A stretch of DNA of 64,000 nt from Octopus sinensis (lineage: Eukaryota). Below are positions 60,925 through 64,000 of this stretch, in pieces. The stretch spans positions 20,956,001-21,020,000 of the forward strand of contig NC_043020.1 of NCBI RefSeq assembly GCF_006345805.1. The letters are read 5' to 3'. Every line of letters begins with the position of its first letter. Position 1 is the first letter of the stretch. Made by a program: the position numbers and the translations under genes. Under the pieces are notes generated by a model. The model did no database searches and was not told the DNA's origin. It saw only the letters and a program-made list of their open reading frames with translations.

Positions 60925-61100
60925 AAAGGAAATCCGTTGGAAAAACAAAAACAGAACAGAGGCGGAGCAAAAACAAATCGAACTATGCTCCTAAGAGCCC
61001 ATGGCGAAACAAGAGTTTCGCCATGGGCTCTTAGGAGCATAGTTCGATTTGTTTTTGCTCCGCCTCTGTTCTGTTTTTGTTTTTCCAACGGATTTCCTTT

Positions 61101-61189
61101 TTTCTTCCTGAAGAGAAAGACACAATATGGTCCCATTATTCAATCGGATTTTGGTAATTTGTGCCTTTCGAAACACGTGTAGAATGAAA
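61101..61189 (+). ncRNA. Type I hammerhead ribozyme with intact catalytic core
   Basis: TTTCTTC-CTGAAGA-GAAAGACACAA..TTGTGCCTTTC-GAAAC-ACGTGT-A-GAATGAAA: stem II 10/11 pairs, palindromic stem III ACACGTGT, predicted cleavage after A61181. Confidence 0.8.
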
Positions 61190-61418
61190 TAAAACGATTT
61201 CTGTTCAATCTGCGTTCAGCTCCATTTCTTCAATTCACCAATAATGTTTTAATTTCAATTATCCGCACCAACGCACGGTTGCAACGCCAGATGGTTGTAC
61301 CTCCAACCGTGCTGTTTACTGCTGTGATTTTTGCTACTAAGGTATCGGTTAAACTTTTGATTAATCTACCACAAGATTATTCATCTTTCTATTTCACATA
61401 ATATATATATATATATAT

Positions 61419-61910
61419 AAGCATTAATAAATCTCCGAACGAGATATAAACAGTAACCGCTCGACAACGTAAAGTGTACTAGCCATCTGAATGTGGCTAG
61501 CCACTGGGGGTGGGTGTTACTGACGCTTTTAGCCCCAGGAGATCGACGTCTCCAGCTGGCCTTAGACACAATTTCAGTGCCCTAGTGTTATTTGCAAAAG
61601 GAGGTCATCCTCCCTCGAAAACCTAAGTGATACATACGGACTATAGTTTACCATACGTTGACGAGAGGCAAAAACCTTGTAACTATAGTCCGTATGTATC
61701 ACTTAGGTTTTCGAGGGAGGATGACCTCCCTTTGCAAATAACACAAGGGCACTGAAATTGTGTCTAAGGCCAGCTGGAGACGTCGATCTCCTGGGGCTAA
61801 AAGCGTCAGTAACACCCACCCCCAGTGGCTAGCCACATTCAGATGGCTAGTACACTTTACGTTGTCGAGCGGTTACTGTTTATATCTCGTTCGGAGATTT
61901 ATTAATGCTT
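61419..61910. repeat. Near-perfect palindrome, 230 bp arms (2 mismatches seen), 32 nt spacer
   Basis: Arms 61419-61648 and 61681-61910; same family as 21345-22270. Confidence 0.95.
61652..61696 (+). ncRNA. Hammerhead-like motif occupying the palindrome spacer (C3U, A13U)
   Basis: CATACG-TTGACGA-GAGG(CAAAAA)CCTT-GTAAC-TATA-GTC-CGTATG; stem I perfect, stem III palindrome ACTATAGT. Confidence 0.7.
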
Positions 61911-61911
61911 T

Positions 61912-64000
61912 CAGACAGTTTTTCTAAATCAGTGACCGTGGTTGCTGGGAAAAACGTTAAATATTATTTGCAAAGGTCTCCTTCATCGAAAACCGGTGTT
62001 TTTTGAATTTTTCCTCGGAGTATACCAATATTTTTCTGTTGCTGCAAATAGTTGTGTGAGTTCGTTTCCGTTTGTCTACTTTGTCGTGTTACACGTAATA
62101 TCATTGTTGAACTGTTTTTGACCCAGTAATTTTCGCCCTTCGGGGTAGAAAATTTCTGTGTGTTTTTTTGTGTGAACTCTTAACCTGTATAGGTTATTTT
62201 TGGAAAAAAAAAATTCTCTTGTCATTTGTGACAAGTTTGTGTTGTCTAATATGGAATTAGACTTAAGTTCAAAAAAAGACTTTCCCGAGATGGGAGAAGG
62301 TATAACAACTGTTAAACAAAAGGAAACACAGGCAAAACCCAGTTTTTCAGACGCCGTAGGTGGCGAAGTGGAAGAAATGGAGGTGTCAATGGAAAGACTA
62401 TTCAAGTTCAGACCGCTGGTGCAAAAATGTGGTGAAGAAACACGATTGGTACCGCCCCCTGAAACTATACAGGCAATAAAGGAAAAATGGTCACCTACAA
62501 GGTGTACAATATAAAAGAAAAACGAATGACCGACGTAAAAAACGAAATGGTCGAAAAGTGTATGGCTCCAATATGGAGTAAAGTTAGTCATGTCAACCGA
62601 GGTGCAAGAAGCGCTACAGTGGAGGCGCATTTTGAGACGGCGGAAGAAGCAAGGCAAATTTCGACGCAAACGTTGAAAAACGAGAATATAATACTGCTAC
62701 CCTTATATTTAGGATGCAGAACAGCAAAAGTGACCCTAGAAGATATACCAACGGGCTACGACGTGATGTGGGCGGCAACAGCGGTCATTTTTGATGTTGA
62801 ATCAAAATTGACAATTTTGAGTATGAAGAGGAAAATTGCAAAACACTGGAGAGGCCAGCAGCTGGAGATGATTATCCAGGCAGAAAATGCGACGTTGGAA
62901 AGCCTACCAGACAGAGTCTTCGTGGGGGAGGGGCACTCCATACGAGTTTCGGTGGAAGGACGCAGGCCCAGATGTTTTAAGTGCGGGCAAAAGGGCCACG
63001 TTCGCTCCGTTTGCACAAAAAAAAATAATACGGGCAACGCCCCCCACAAAACGATGTGAAGAACGCAGAAAGCAGCAAAGTGGAGAACAAAGTAACGGCT
63101 GGCGAAAGCAAGGAGGAAAAAATAAACAGGTCGAACTCCAAAAAGGAGGAAGACAAGAACGAAATGCAAAATGAGAAAGGAAAGGAGGAGGAAATTAATA
63201 CAACAAAAACAAATATACAAGAAATCGAATTCACGAACGTGTCGTACAAAAGGAAAAAATCCATCACCCCTGACTCCCCACCCGTATCAAAAAAAAAAAA
63301 ACAACGCAGACGAACAAAAAAAATATTCTTCAATCCCACCCCGGCTGTACTACACTTATAGGCCAGCACTTTAACAAACCCCACCCCCCAACTGTAAAAG
63401 GGTTTAAACCCAATGAAAAAATTATTGCATACACCACAAAGAACGTGAGAGTAGCAACATGGGTGCAAGCAAGTACGCTGATCAGGTGCTACAAAGCGAC
63501 CGAGAAGGAAGCGGAGTGGCGATATGCCAGGGTCGGCGAAGAAGGATGGAAAGACAAAACCTTACAAAGCCACGTAAAAGCCGGCTTCATTCAGGATGTC
63601 ACCCAGGAGGTGACAACTGGGAAATTATACGTCAGCCCGGCAGCCACACCAACCCAGAGCCCGGTGGCAACGCCGGTGAAACACCCAGCAGCAACGGCGT
63701 AGACAGGCAGAAAGAATCTGTCAGGCTCCCTCTCGCAACCATGAGTAAATAATTTTCTTTTTTCTCGATGATTAAGTTAGGTTGTATAAATGTGCGTGGA
63801 ATGGGATCGAAATGGAAACAGGCTTGTTTTCGGGACGACCTCATTTCACATAGAATCGATGTAGCTATTGTTACCGAGTCCAAGATGAAAGGACCCCAAG
63901 CGTTCTCACCACTTCTCAATGGTTACGAGAAATGTATTTCTCCTAGCCGGGAGGGAGGTGCAGGCGTGGCAGTTCTTTTCAGGAAGAACTTGGACTTACA
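61912..64000 (+). mobile_element. Tx1/L1-clade LINE 5' portion, continuing beyond the window
   Basis: 5' UTR, frameshifted ORF1 (~62200-63750) with zinc knuckle CFKCGQKGHVRSVC, then the ORF2 start. Confidence 0.9.
63768..64000 (+). CDS. ORF2 N-terminus, apurinic-like (APE) endonuclease, open to window end
   Basis: MIKLGCINVRGMGSKWKQ..DVAIVTESK..GGAGVAVLFRK, no stop; homologous to the frame starting at 7999. Confidence 0.8.
   Translation, partial: MIKLGCINVRGMGSKWKQACFRDDLISHRIDVAIVTESKMKGPQAFSPLLNGYEKCISPSREGGAGVAVLFRKNLDL

Larger units (their letters stand above)
60774..61251. repeat. Perfect palindrome, 237 bp arms, 4 nt spacer AAGA (61011-61014)
   Basis: No arm mismatch found by eye; mirrored ORF-track peptides differ only at the spacer. 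Confidence 0.97.

Overview
Eukaryotic, AT-rich, microsatellite-dense DNA built almost entirely from nested transposable-element debris. The SINE families and repeat landscape resemble an octopus/cephalopod genome (inference, not verified). No host protein-coding gene, rRNA, tRNA gene or CRISPR array can be supported. Identified elements: an irritans-like mariner with TIRs and TA TSD, several Penelope-like (PLE) RT/GIY-YIG remnants, four Tx1/L1-clade fragments, a ~10 kb pile-up of R4/Dong-type LINE copies at (TAA)n repeats, a decayed full Ty3/Gypsy element, a 2.7 kb non-autonomous LTR element with tRNA-Trp PBS and CTAG TSD, two solo LTRs, Helitron, Tc1, maT-like, RTE and Merlin remnants, and two tRNA-derived SINE families. 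The most unusual signal is a set of minimal type I hammerhead ribozyme (HHR) motifs. They occur in ~410-420 nt spaced tandem repeats (retrozyme-like) and at the exact axes of three near-perfect DNA palindromes (21061-21176, 60774-61251, 61419-61910). One HHR has an intact core (61101-61189, mirrored on the minus strand). A second oddity is an outward-facing (CCCTAA)n-36 bp-(TTAGGG)n telomeric cassette nested in a SINE, inside an 8-bp-TSD MITE, inside the Gypsy leader. All alignments and folds were done by eye; boundaries without TSD or TIR support are approximate.
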